Source of the DNA: Octopus vulgaris
Lineage: Eukaryota
NCBI GenBank assembly: GCA_951406725.2
Contig: OX597833.1
Coordinates: 42,470,001-42,534,000 of the forward strand
Direction: 5' to 3'
Length of the DNA: 64,000 nt
Positions within the stretch are counted from its first letter, which is position 1; each line of letters begins with the position of its first letter. The notes beneath the pieces are model-generated. The model was given only the letters and a program-made list of their open reading frames with translations, ran no database searches and was not told the DNA's origin. Both the position numbers and the translations under genes were made by a program. Below, in pieces: positions 25,904 through 38,903 of this stretch.

Positions 25904-26473
25904 GAGTGAATGGACAGATGAAAGAATGTGGCACTCCTTTTTGGTAAGAGTTACATATACTCTTTATAACGGTTTCACTCAACACCACATCCCTTTTTGA
26001 AGTTTCGTGGGCTCGTAGGCCACGTCCATCTCATATATAAGTGTGTGTGTGTGTATGCATACATACACACACATACATGTCTCTATGGAAGTTCTATATA
26101 TATATAACTGTTATATATACAACTGTTGGGTGTGCTAACCCGCTTTGGACTCAAACGGAACCCGTCGAAGGGAGATAACTCCATCTCGTCTAGAAGAGAC
26201 ATAGTTCTGTAGAATTTCGTCTTGAGGTTTTTTCTTTTCTTTTCGCGGCCTTGGCTTACCAGGACTATATTCCTGCCTCCAGTTGTAAGAGAAGTTTTTT
26301 ACCTCTAGCCAACGAGTCTAACGAGTCACCTATATCACTACGAACTTTATAGGTTGGAAACCAATGGTAACTCCTTGACCGGCCATAACCAACAACTGTA
26401 TTAATTAATGCTGCTCTGAAGTTTTTTGAGAGTGTGTTTCTTTTTGGATTCATGAACTACTGGCCTATTTTAT

Positions 26474-26536
<63 letters not shown>

Positions 26537-26980
26537 TTTACATAAAATAAATCTACGTTGAAAGGCGTAGAATAGATACAGACAGATACAGACAGATACA
26601 GAATAGATACAGACAGATATTAGTACTCAAACTGGATCAAATTCCTGAAATTCAGTGTCAAACGATGGGAGACAGAATCCAAGCAAACAAGAGTTAGCTA
26701 CCGGAAATGTAGTGGTGAAAGATTTTTTCATCCCACTAGCAGTGCAGGTTTTTTTCGTGTGTGTTATTGATACTAAGAGGGCTCCAGGCTTACGACAGCT
26801 GAAAAAGTGTGATGATCATTATATCGTTGGGAAACTTAAAGTCCTGTATGTGATTCTCTATAACTCTCTATCATTCAATACATATAACCATCTATTTCCA
26901 AACGATATTGAGTGAGGCTCATCTCTTTTGTCATCATGCGTGGTTTGTCAATACGTACATATATACATACATGCTTTTAC

Positions 26981-26985
<5 letters not shown>
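25413..26985 (+). repeat. About 265-bp direct duplication (25413-25680 and 26718-26985)
   Basis: Shared aagatttttt...ctaagagggctccaggcttacgacagctga...tttgtcaatacgtacata with few substitutions. Confidence 0.9.
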
Positions 26986-27054
<69 letters not shown>

Positions 27055-27555
27055 ATGGCAATACAATGAAATTAAAGATGGACGGGCAGTTTTTAATGGC
27101 ATCAAAGCATTTATACATTAGTTATACAGAAGTGAGTATAAGTGTAGTGTATAGTTAAATAGAAAGACAGGAAAATATAATATGCAGAAACTGGGAGTAC
27201 ATATTAGTTCTTTCTAGATAGGTGTCCCGGAAAGTTATATTACTGATAGAAATTAGGAGAACTCAGGTAACTTTTCATAGTATTAGTTCATCTATCGAGC
27301 AATCTGGTCGCACGACTTGCTCGGACCAATGCAAGCTATTCCATGCCAGACATCCCGATTGAGCAACGAGGCATGCATATCTGTTCTGAGTTTAGGCACA
27401 TTGGTCTTTCTCTAGCTGAAATGCATCATCTGCGCACACTACAACTACAGATGATAGCAGTATTTCGCGAACTGAGCTGGTTGACCCTGGCCATTAACAG
27501 TTTGTTGACTGTTCATCTGCTCAGCATCTAGTGATATTCGCCATTGACTTAATAT

Positions 27556-27779
27556 AAGGCGGCGAGCTGGCAGAAACGTTAGCACACCGGGCGAAATGCG
27601 TAGCCGTATTTCGTCTACTGTTACGTTCTGGGTTCAATTTCCGCCGAGGTCGACTTTGCCTTTCATCCTTTCGGGGTCGATAAATTAAGTATCAATTACG
27701 CACTGGGGTCGATGTAATCGACTTAATCCGTTTGTTTGTCCTCTCTGTGTTTAGCCCCTTGTGGGTAGTAAAGAAATAG
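27556..27779 (+). mobile_element. SINE family B
   Basis: Full head and core; flanked by similar gatattcgcc(a/g)ttgacttaa sequences at about 27533 and 27779, a possible target-site duplication. Confidence 0.88.
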
Positions 27780-28239
27780 ATATTCGCCGTTGACTTAACA
27801 TGTTAATTTGCCCAAATAGTTCACATTCACCATGCTATATATCACGATTTCAACTTATATTGGATCAAGCGATTACATACTATTTAATCCATAGTTGGGA
27901 CCTTGACAAGTGCTTCTACTTTGGGTCAGAGTAGACTTCAGAACTATATTGGCTAAGAGTTGGTTCCACACTGTTCAAAACCCTGGTACTCCCAAACCAG
28001 GGTCCAGCAACCTGATGCAGTTTTTTTTCTAGATAGGCAGAGTATAAGAAGTTATTTGACCCTGCAACACATCTTTCTAGTTTTTTTACACTCTGCTGGT
28101 TCACTTTTTTGAAAGATTGACAGTTATGTTGCTATTAGAATTTTCCCTATCGTTATCTCTGTTATAATTTTTCTGCTCTGTTTTTACTTCTGATTCTATA
28201 TTTCTCTTCAACCAGTCCCTCCCTCACTTATACTATTTT

Positions 28240-28740
28240 GATCTAGTAAAACTGGTCGTGTTGGTGAGTACAAGTCTGAAGTTGACGGTGGTAATGGCGA
28301 CGATGGTAGAGAGTACAATGATGGTGACGACGGCGGCGGAGATAGAGGACGTTCTGTTGCGGGTTACATTAGCGTCGTCGTAGCTGAAGCAGGAGCATGG
28401 CTGGTCGTCTGTCGCTGGAACATGTTGAGTAGCTCTGTGGTCAGTGACTAGACCTCAAAAGGTCTGAAGTCGAAAGACGAAGAATAGTGAAAATGCAAGC
28501 CTATTTAAAGCCTGTGGTGGGCTCAAAGAGGGGCATCAAGAAGCAGGCCTTATCCGAAGGCCGTGATTGTTTGGTTTCACACTCTGGCGCGAAATAGGAA
28601 GTAGAGACAAATCGCGCCACATGTCAACCAATCAGATCAGTGGATACAACAGAAACAACCGAGCCAAAGATGGCTGTAATCTCAAACGAGTTCATTCCTG
28701 CTGTGTCTCTCAAACAGTGAGGATATCAGATACCGCTACA
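28240..28740 (-). mobile_element. Diverged partial LTR related to 31403-32520
   Basis: Minus strand begins TGTAGCG at 28740 and shares acagccatc, ctgatctgattggttg, tttcgcgcca and gccttc.gataagg blocks. Confidence 0.75.
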
Positions 28741-28977
28741 CGCTGTATTATTCTCTCCCTCTCTTTCATGATAAGGCTGTGTATTTATATATACTGAATA
28801 CTTTTGACAACTAAAATTCTATTTCCTTCTGCCAATAGGGTGCGTGATAGTATAATTTACATTTGTCTCATTTCATATACTTTCGTCAACATTAATTTGT
28901 TTCATCTATATGTACGTCCAAAGCATACTACTACACTAACTGATTACAGAATCCAAGAAAAAACAACAAACAAAAAT

Positions 28978-29137
28978 GCATGGCTGTATAGTAAGAAGTT
29001 TGCTTCCTAACCACATGATTTCTGGATCAGTCCCACTGCGAAGCACCTTGGGCAATTGTCTTCTACTATAGCTCCGGGCCGGCCAAAGCTTTGTGAGTGG
29101 ATTTTGGTAGATAGAAACTGAAGGAAGCCTGTTGTTA

Positions 29138-29229
<92 letters not shown>

Positions 29230-29488
29230 AACACGTATGTATGTATGTATGTATGTATGTATGTATGTATGTATGTATGTATGTGTGGGTGTTTATTTGT
29301 CCTCCATAATTGATTGTCAACTGGTGTTGGTTAGTTTACGTTCCTGCAACAAAGCAGTTGGCAAAAGAGACCGATAGAATAAGTACCAGACATAGAAAAA
29401 AATGTACTGGGGTCGATCTGTTCAACAAAAACCCTCCAATGCGGTGTCTCAGCATGATTGCAGTCTAATGATCAAAGCAAATAAAAGA
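28978..29488 (+). mobile_element. SINE family A, diverged, just upstream of the last CTR1 exon
   Basis: Family A head, internal (TA)n/(TATG)n, and tail. Confidence 0.82.
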
Positions 29489-29589
29489 TTTTAAAAATCA
29501 TGTATCCATCTTCCCTAAAGTATTTTCCTCAACTAAATTTGTTTGAAGTCATTTATTTACTACTCTGTTTGTATCTGATTCTTTCGCAG

Positions 29590-29794
29590 ACCTTCCGCAT
29601 TCATTTTTCCTCACCTTGTCCAGACCCTGCTTCATATTGTACAGATGACGATCAGTTATTTTCTTATGCTTATCTTCATGACATATAATGCATGGCTTTG
29701 TATTGCTGTTGCACTCGGATCTGGAGCCGGCTACTTCGCGTTCCGATGGAGGAGACCTTTCAAGACAATCGAAGACTCAGAACATTGCTCCTGA
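29590..29794 (+). CDS. SLC31A1: CTR1 coding exon 4 of 4 (TM2 MxxxM, TM3 GxxxG, stop)
   Basis: tttcgcag acceptor; (V)[67 protein letters not shown] contains MLIFM-TYN and GSGAG. The joined CDS is 513 nt (170 aa). AATAAA at 29805-29810. Confidence 0.95.
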
Positions 29795-30537
29795 AGCTGC
29801 ACAAAATAAAATAAGTAGTATAATAATTAGAATATACAAATTAGGTAAGAAAAAAAAAAGCAAGGTATTTGCAGAATTATATTTTTATGTTTCTTATCTA
29901 TATTTTTTATAAAATAACGATTTTGTAATTATTTTTTAATAAACTGAAAAATAATATTCTCTAAAATTGTATTCTTTTTTTTTTTTGATAAAATGAATAA
30001 AAGTGACAAAAGGTTATATAAAATATTTTCCAATGAATATACGCAGACATCTCAAAAGTAAATAAACACCTTTTCAAACCCCAATGTATAACAGTTTTAT
30101 TTTTATTTTTATTCCTATTTGCTTCTATCTAGAAATCAATGGAAATTACTACTATTCGAACCTTGAGCTTGGCTTTTGTGACCTGGACATCAATGTTTTG
30201 AAACTGACCTATTTCCCATTACATTTCAGACAGATTCAGCGCTGAGTTTCCGAAGCAGAAATAGCAAATATTCTGCTCAATATCACAGATTTGCTTGTCA
30301 GTTGCTTGACCATAACCACTTGAACATGTCTCTTAGTGGCTGACAATATGTGCATCTCTGGCCATGATCAGGAGTAGTGGGGGAGCATCATAGCCATGTG
30401 CCGAGAGGGATTCTTTGAGGTTTGAATAAATGTAACAAAGGCAAAGTTTGAAGGAAATATTAGTCATTTTTCATACTTTCTTAGGGTATGCAAATAGGAA
30501 ATAGCTGCTACCCAAGGACAAAAATCGTGTTACACGG

Positions 30538-31018
30538 TGTTATCTGTGCAGACACTACCAGGTGCTTCAAACTTGATGATGTATTATTACTTTTTCATTT
30601 CAGATGACAGTATAGTCACTGTTTATAGTAACTAGTCATGCAGCGAATACCATAAACAAAAGAGTTGTCTGATATTCCAAAAAGGCGCACTGTGGGTCAA
30701 TCTTAGGGTAGATTTAGCCAGCATAAAGTTGCATAAAACAAACTGATTGTACACTGCACCAGCGAAAGAATGATAGCACCCCCCTTGACCGAATGAAACA
30801 GCATCCCATTTTGGTCAATCTGGACCCTGTGACGAATGTCTTCAGGCTCTTAAATAGATTGTTAAAAATAATTCCCGTTGTAAGACAGCTGATGTCTAGT
30901 AACTCCAGATGAGTTGTGATGCTTTTGTGAGGTACGCCCATCAACTTGGCTATGGAAATGAAAATGATAATACATCAACAAGTTCCGAGCACCAGATAGT
31001 ACCCACACAGATAAAACA
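30538..31018 (-). mobile_element. Inverted-repeat-bounded element with a possible mariner remnant
   Basis: Imperfect inverted arms of about 60 bp (30538-30601 / 30954-31018); internal LMGVPHKSITTHL resembles a mariner HTH. Confidence 0.5.
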
Positions 31019-31402
31019 TTATGTTGAGATGTGTCTATTTACTTTTGAAAGTCTGTGTATATATATTTTCTCAAGCATGTAAATAGTTATTTTTTAAAAA
31101 ATAAGTTTCAGTTTGAGATCTCTAGAAAGCGTTGCACAACTCAAATTCTATAAATAGGCATTAGGTCACTAATTTGGCTGAAAAAGAATTAGGCTATAAT
31201 CTGTTCTGAATTGTCTTACATACTTTCCAGTGCGAGCGAGTGGAAGAAGATTTTTTTTTTTAAAGAAAAAAAAACAACATTTTATCGTTATTTATTTCTC
31301 TTTTGGTTTTTGATGTTCGCTGTATAAAATATGTAAACACTTAACTATTTATTGCTGGGCAGGGAGGTCACTGAGACAAAATCTAAGTCAATATATTACT
31401 AT

Positions 31403-32520
31403 TGTAGCGCTTAGTGAAATACATTATCTCTCTTTGAGAGATATACAAATGAGGACGTAACAGATAACAGCCATCCTTCGGCTGCTTAGGCCCAGTTGTG
31501 TCCGCTGATCTGATTGGTTGGTTTTGGTGCAGTTTTGTCTCTTGCTTTATTTCGCGCCAATGTGTAAACCAACCAATCGCAGCCTTCAGATAAGGTCCCG
31601 TGACACAGTCTTCTAGGTTCTTTTTCTGGAGCCCACTAAACTCTTTAAAAGTTTAGATCAACAACCGTAATTCATCTTCGGTCCTACACCATTGACCACA
31701 GAGCATCCAGCGACATACAACCAGTTCGAGCGACTCAGCCATATTCCAGCGACTGCGACACCAACGCCACCGCAAAATTTCAGGACCTTTCACCACCGTC
31801 GCCTTCACCGTAACGTCGCCTTCACCGTAACGTCGCCTTCACCGTAACGTCGCCTTCACCGTAACGTCGCCTTCACCGTAACGTCGCCTTCACCGTAACG
31901 TCGCCTTTCGCCACCATCGCCTTTCGCCACCGTCGCCTTTCGCCACCGTCGCCTTTCAGCTTATCAACACCACCAACATCAATACGTACACGGCAACATC
32001 ACCCAGGTTTAAACTTCACGCTGTTTGTGAATACTCACCAAGGTTAACAGCTAGCTCTACCTGCGAGAATCTTCTGTACCAAGTAATCTGGCACGGGATC
32101 GCAGCTACAACCTCTACACGCGTAGTAACCGGCTCTCCACTTTGTAGCCACAACTTCATGGTTACAGAACCTCTACTATTGTGTATCTTACTACGAACCG
32201 GTATTTATCTCCGTTTGTGTCTGGACATTCATCTAGCGTGCTGTTATAGACTCTTTCTATGCACTGTATTATTATGTACATACTTATAACGCACACACGT
32301 ACACACACTCACATGACACGAACACACAGACGCACAAGTTAACCTATAAATAAAACCTTTTCCCTTTAACATAACGGTTGTGTCGTCTCATCTTATTCTT
32401 TACTGGCACTCTTATTCAGTTATCCATTATTGTGGCTTCTTTTGTAAGGCGACCGTGCGGCGATTAAAAGGAGACCTTCATTCCTCACCATCTCCTTTCG
32501 TACGGTCGTGTCGTACTACA
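31403..32520 (+). mobile_element. Solo LTR (1118 bp) with 4-bp TSD, Gypsy-like
   Basis: TGTAG...CTACA termini; CTAT on both sides (31399-31402, 32521-32524); AATAAA near 32350. Confidence 0.88.
31797..31957 (+). repeat. 17-bp minisatellite (GTCGCCTTCACCGTAAC x6) followed by 16-bp variants, inside the LTR
   Basis: Period of 17 read directly (gcc at 31801, 31818, 31835 and so on). Confidence 0.95.
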
Positions 32521-34189
32521 CTATCAAATATTTTATCCATGGAACGTTAACCTCTTGGTGGTACTGGAACTCTTAACATCAAGTCATGGAAGTAAATAAA
32601 GTACTGGAGAAATTATCTGACAAGCTGTGGGACCAGAAGTACCGGATTTCTGGATTTTTCAGTTTTCTGGAGACAGCCTAGATATATACTTAAAATATAA
32701 AATAAACTATGAAAAGTAAAGAGCTAAATTGTATTTAACAGATTCATATTAATATACTTCTAATGTAGTATCTGTTTGATAATAATTGATCCATTAAAAA
32801 TTCTTAAAATACATCATACACTATCATGTACACAGTATAATGTTTATAGGATGAAAATTATATGAAAAAATATTACGGACATGATTTTATTTAACAGATG
32901 AAGATACAAATTATTATAATTCCAAAGAAGAGATTGCTTACTCTTTATCTATCCACTTTTAAAAGTAAAAAACAAAACAAAACTATTTTTAACACAACAT
33001 ATGCAAACTATCTGAGTTCAGAAACGGAGCCAGTTTATTCAATACAGGGTACAGTATACTGCATGGTGCTGCAGAGTATTCTCAGATTTCTAGATGCCGG
33101 GTAAAGGTCTGGTGCCGTATCAGTTTTTTTTAATCATCCGTGTCGCAGATGTGTAAAGAAAAAATTCTATCGATTGATTCGGTCAGCTAGTACGTATTTT
33201 ATAGGCTCCTGAGAAGATGCTAGACAAAGTATAATTAAGTTTTGCCACCACATGGATTGCGGTCATTACTGTGGTTGTTCATGAAACTACTTATTGTATG
33301 TTGGCTGCCTGGCTTCATTCTTGATCCTAGGCTTTCTTTTTCCGCAGCTATTATAATGCAATGAACTAGCGGAATTGTTAGCATGCCAAGCAAGTTGCTT
33401 GGCGGCATTTTGTCCGTTTCGCCGAGTTCGACTTTGTCTTTTATCATTTCGGGGTCGATAAGTTAAGTAACAGTCGAGCATTGGGGGCCTATATAATCAA
33501 CTTAGCTCCTCCTCCGAACTTGCTAGCCTTGTGCCAAAGTTTGAAAGCGCTATACGGCGATTTTGTTTCCATGCTGAAGAGAGGGAAAACTGTGCTGTCA
33601 GTTACGATTCCCTTTCCCAGGAATTGTCCCTGAATTGTAAACTGGGCTATTTTGAAACGCAAATGGGTGCCTCTGAAGTATCTGGTGATTATTCCCTTGA
33701 TGAGCAGAGAGACATGGCAGTAGTCTAGGGCTGCATGTATGAGAGCATGAAAGACAGAGCCGTATACATTGACTAAATCTAGCTAGATCACTATCAAGTT
33801 ACTTTTGAAATTTTTGGCTTCCCGGATCTTCTGACTGAAAACTCCAGAGTGTTCCAGACATCCGGAGAAACTTGGTCACGAGTGGATTCATTCTTTCAGC
33901 CTATACCGAACAGAAGAATTTACCTTCAATACTATGGTCAATGAATGAGAAGTTTTCTTTCTTTGGAACAATAAAATGGTTTTTCATCCGGTCTTCCGGA
34001 ATAGCGTCCACAATCTCCGAAAGAGCATCGGGCATTTTCATGTATATCCTGCATACACACACATGCACACAAACATACATACACATACAAACACAAATGC
34101 ACACACTTACATGGTTAACAGTGCATGATCGATCAATTATGGTTACACCGTTTCTTTTTCTAAAATTGTTTATCAGAACCACAGCAGAT

Positions 34190-34440
34190 TCGATGAAAAA
34201 AAAAGCAAAACACAAAATAACAAAACGCAAAACAACATCGCTCTCCGACAGGTTTATGATCGAACCTGTGGCAGTGGAGTCTGGTGTTCTTGGTCCCGAG
34301 ACCATATCGCTACTCACCACTATCGGAGCAGAGATGGTTATCAGAAGTGCGCAGCCCGTGAGTTAGAGTTGCTGTTCCAGCGCACCTTCCTCGTCATCCT
34401 TCGGAGCAACGCCTTTTCTCTTTAATCTACTGGGATCATG
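34190..34440 (+). mobile_element. CRE-like RLE non-LTR 3' fragment
   Basis: LSDRFMIEPVAVESGVLGPETISLLTTIG followed in another frame by FQR..L.ILRSNA. Confidence 0.6.
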
Positions 34441-34559
34441 TGGCAGTCTGACTTACAGGAAATTGTACGTTCCACTCTTTAATGTCAAGTTACTTTTTCT
34501 CCTATAACTATAATGATCTCTGCTTATTGTGTCACACTTTTTCAACTTTAATAAATCCT

Positions 34560-35041
34560 TCCTACTCGAAGCACAAGGCCTCAAATTTTGGGGGAAGGGA
34601 TTAAGTTGATTACATCGACCCCAATACATAACTGGTACTAATTTTATCGACTTCGGCGGAATTCGAACTCAAAACCTAACGACAGACGAAATACCTCTAA
34701 GCATTTCGCCCGGCGTGCTAACGATTCTGCCAGCTCGCCACCTTAATACAACCCCCTTCGGTCATGAATGACCATAGGATTGCACCTAGAAAGTTACCCT
34801 CCCAAGCACAAGTCCGGGCAAGGTTGTTTATGGAAGACCAGCAGTCGCTCATGCATATCCAAGGGAAAGGCAAAGGTTGATACAGTTTGGCATCTGTGAT
34901 ATCGTAACCCATTTCTACAACTGAGTGAACTGGAGCAACGTGAAATAAAGTGTCTTGCTCAAGAACACAACGCGCAGCTCGGTCCGGGAATCGAACTCAC
35001 AACCTCACAATCGTAAGCTCGAAGCTCTAACTACTGAGCCA
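34560..35041 (-). mobile_element. Adjacent SINEs (family B and a CORE-like tRNA-derived SINE)
   Basis: Family B at 34560-34743; the second has head tggctcagtagttagagc...gagttcgattccc and a gttgtgttcttgagcaagacacttt core. Confidence 0.8.
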
Positions 35042-35180
35042 TTATATATTTTTATATAATATAATGTAATGTAATATAATAAATGTGAATGTCAGTGTCT
35101 CAGTGTGTTACACTTTTTCAACTTTACTCCTAGAGGCCGTAGCCCAACATATCATACCATTTTGGAATCAGGCTGATTCT

Positions 35181-35470
35181 GTGAGTAAATTAAAAACATT
35201 CCGAGCCGAATCCGGCTCCATAATCCTGAAATTTGCGATTCCCAAGTTTTTATTACTGTGATTGTATTCGGTGATTTTTTTTACGTGACTTTTTGCGACG
35301 AATTTTTTTGTGCGATAGCAATTTTTATAATCTAAAGGCTAACTCCGTGAGTAAATTAAAAACATTCCGGGTCGAATTTGGACCTACAATCCTGAAATTT
35401 TGGATTCCTATGTTTTCATTACTGCGATTGTTTTCGGCGATTATTTTCGCATGATTTTTTGCGACGAATA
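35181..35470 (+). repeat. Two tandem copies of an approximately 166-bp unit, possibly Helitron/Helentron-derived
   Basis: gtgagtaaattaaaaacattccg...aatcctgaaattt...ttttgcgacgaat starts at about 35181 and again at about 35347. Confidence 0.65.
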
Positions 35471-35865
35471 TAATCATCATTGGGATATGACTCTGGAGGA
35501 AGCAATTGCACAAATTCTCCAAAACAAGTCAGTAGAGTTCCAAGTATTGAATGTTCTTATACGATAAACGTCCTTATACAATAAATACATGGTCTGTAAT
35601 TTCACATGAAATTCGTTGTAATCCAAAATTCCTTAGCAACCCGTTCGCTTCTTTGACACTACCGACTGAGGTAACTGTGTAGCTTATGTTTACATATCAA
35701 TACCTTCTTATAAATGTATACACAGAAATACAGGATTCGTTCTTAAAAACATAACTAATTGATAGTTGAACTGGAAGAAATTTTGTTTAACTTTGTTGGA
35801 TCAATTAAAACAACAAAATTGACTTTTAAACGTAGCAATAATAAATTATGTTTCAAGAGAGAATG

Positions 35866-35903
<38 letters not shown>

Positions 35904-37499
35904 GTGTATTAGGCCTTGGGTAAGAATTCAGTTTTAGGAGATGGACCTCGGAACAAGAAGTAGAAAAGAGAAATACAGTTACAAGAAAAAGGGAAAAAAA
36001 GGCAAGAAAGAATATAAGGAAGGAAGGAAAGAAGAACGAAAGAGGAAAATACTTTGCATTGTTGTTAAGATAAAACATTAGAAGAATCGAAAATATGAAG
36101 AATCTATAAACAACAATACCTGAAAATGATGACTATGGTAGCATATTAGCTACTGCAGACACGAAATTCTTGATCCAGTATATTTTTTCCTATCAAGGAA
36201 CCGTATATAAAAGTATTAATAAAGATATCATCTTCACCATCTTGATGTAGTGATTCACAGTTGTTTTACTCTATGCTTAAGAAAAATGGCGAAAGCAGCA
36301 TATTTGCTGACCGTGACGATGAAGACTATATAAAAAAGATTAAATAAAATATAACGAGTTAGAGACAAAAGCAACACAAACTAATGCACACACAGGCAAG
36401 TAGGCAAGTGAATATACTGATCATTCTTTCTTCATAGAATGGTTAGTTTATTTACTGAATCTTCTAGAAAAATAATAAGAATGTAGCTGTCTAATCTAAC
36501 GTGCCTGTGTGTGCTTGTGTTGTATCTCTAAGTGTCTTTTTCTCAATACACTTTCTCAATAATTATGACGTAACTTGTACGTTTTATTCAAAGTTTAAAC
36601 GTATTATGTATGTACGCACGTATATATGATCATCCAATTTCTTTATTAGTCACAAGGGCCCAAACATAGAGGGGGACAATACAGCCTGATTGGGGTCAGA
36701 CACACAATGATTATATGACTTTTTAAAATTTTACAAAATATAATGAAATCGAATGAGATATAACAAAACAAGGACGAAATACAAACATGAGATGAAGCAG
36801 AGAGATGGCTTACGCTCCGACCCCACGAGCCCCATTCTCCTACTGAAACTTTTGTATGCAGACTTATGACATGTTCACGAGGAATCTTTCATTCCCAGCA
36901 CCCTCGCAACATGCAACCATCTCATCCTTGCACATGTTCAGTCTACTGCTGGACGAATGCCTCAGTATGTTCTCTCCACCGATCACAGTCCAATGTTTTC
37001 CTCATCCATGTTTGGCTGCCGAAGAATTTAACAAGGCCTTCATTCCAACTTTTGCATGGTTTTCCCCTCCATTTTTTTCTGGATGTGTTGCCCACTCTGT
37101 CAATTTGCTATTCCATCTATTGTCTTTCTAAACACGTCTCGCGAAAGACCATTTCAGAGTCTGAGCTGGCAGAAACGTTAGCGCCTCGGGCGAAAGGCTT
37201 AGCGGCATTTCGTCTGTCGTTACGTTCTGAGTTCAAATTCCGCCGAGGTCGACTTTGCCTTTCATCCTTTCGGGGTCGATAAATAAAGTACCAATTTCGC
37301 ACTGGGGTCGATGTAATCGACTTGATCACTTTGTCTATCCTTGTTTGTCCCCTCTATGTTTGGCCCCTTGTGGGTAGTAAAGAAATATATCTTACGCATA
37401 ATATCTGTTGCCGCTCTTATTCTGTTGTTTCTCCACTTATCCATTTTGTTAATCCTTTTCCATGGCTCTTTGTGTTGATCTTAATCTATTTTCAATGCT

Positions 37500-38060
37500 C
37501 TTGTTGGTAGTCCACATGTCTTATGCATATATAATGGTAGGCAGCATACACTGGTTGAAGACCTTTCTTTTTAGATACATGGGCAAATTATTGCTCATGG
37601 TTTGATTCAATTTACCAAAGGCTGTTCATCATTCAATTTCTTTGGTCTGATTTTTATCCTTTAAACAGATTATTATTATTACATTTCCAGCTGTGATTAA
37701 ATTGTCGGAGTTTATCTTCATTTTACTAATATTAATTCTGAATCCACATTTTTTACTTTCTTCTGTTAATTCTTTAATGCCCCTGAAAATGAAAGCAATT
37801 TCATCAGTAAATTTGAGGTGATTAAGTATGCATCCGTTTATATTTACTCCTTCATCTGACCAATATAAGTTCTTACAAACCTTTTCTAATACAGATGTGA
37901 ATAATTTGGGTGACATGGTGTCTCCTTGTCTGACTCCTTTTAACAATTTTAATATTAGTCGCTTTGTTGTTTATAGTTGCTGTGGTTCTGCAGTTGGTGC
38001 ACACATTCGCTAATAACTTCGCGTAGTCTCTTTCGATTCCCTTTTCCTTTAGTGCCCTTA

Positions 38061-38065
<5 letters not shown>
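37500..38065 (-). mobile_element. Decayed RTE RT fragment
   Basis: KGVRQGDTMSPKLFTSVLE...GVNING..LNHLKFTDEI, plus KRKVFNQCMLP..IY. Confidence 0.85.
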
Positions 38066-38099
<34 letters not shown>

Positions 38100-38224
38100 T
38101 AAACACAAACACACATTATATCATATGGTTTGTTTTGATTCTCTATTCGTATTTGGTGCTTATTACACACATGTGAGTGAGAACACTGAGATATTTTTGG
38201 TATCTAACATATGTCAGATACTGC

Positions 38225-38808
38225 GAGCGCTGCTTCTGATTGGTCAATCCATGGTTATGACCCGAGGTCACGGTGACAGCGCTGCTTCTGATTGGTCAAT
38301 CCATGGTGATGAACTTGAGGTCACGGTGACGGCACTACTTTTGTCATTCATAAGTTACAACTAAACGTGAAGAATTTAGTTATTGGGTTAATAAAATATG
38401 GTCGTTTATTCGTGTGTAATAAATAAAATACCAAACGAGTTCCCTATGGATACCGTATTTATTACGACGAGTGGCTTGTAAACGTATCTAACGAGCGAAA
38501 GCGAGTTAGATACGTTTACAAGCCACGAGTTGTAATAAATACGGTATCCATAGGGAACTCGTTTGGTATTCTCTATTTATCCGGTGTTTGGGGTCGTCGG
38601 AAGCATTGATACGCAAATGTCGAACAATGAGAATGAGTGCTCAGCACCGCTTTGATGGATAAAATTTCTTTATTTCTGTATTAAGGCTACCATTGGTTTC
38701 ATGTTAAGATATTTTTCTTGACATGAAATCAATGGTAGCCTTAATACATATATAAAAAAATTTTTATCCACCAATGTAGTGTTGAACTCTCATTCTCATT
38801 GTTCGACA
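38225..38808. mobile_element. Non-coding double-hairpin element with an upstream 51-bp direct repeat
   Basis: Hairpin 1 at 38427-38570, hairpin 2 at 38618-38808, direct repeat gcgctgcttctgattggtcaatccatggt x2. The structure is certain; the family (Crypton-like?) is not. Confidence 0.6.
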
Positions 38809-38903
38809 GTTAAATATATATTCATACACTCGCAATGTCAGGCCGTGCAGTCGGGTGGTCGTTTTGGGCGCAGTCAAGGATACCTATGTGCAGCAGCAAC
38901 AAG

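Noticed and set aside
26158-26190. CCGTCGAAGGGAG-ATAA-CTCC hammerhead-like half
   Set aside because: No GAAA follows the stem, so the core is incomplete.
31797-31957. CRISPR-like regular repeat
   Set aside because: Contiguous tandem units with no unique spacers, inside a eukaryotic LTR.
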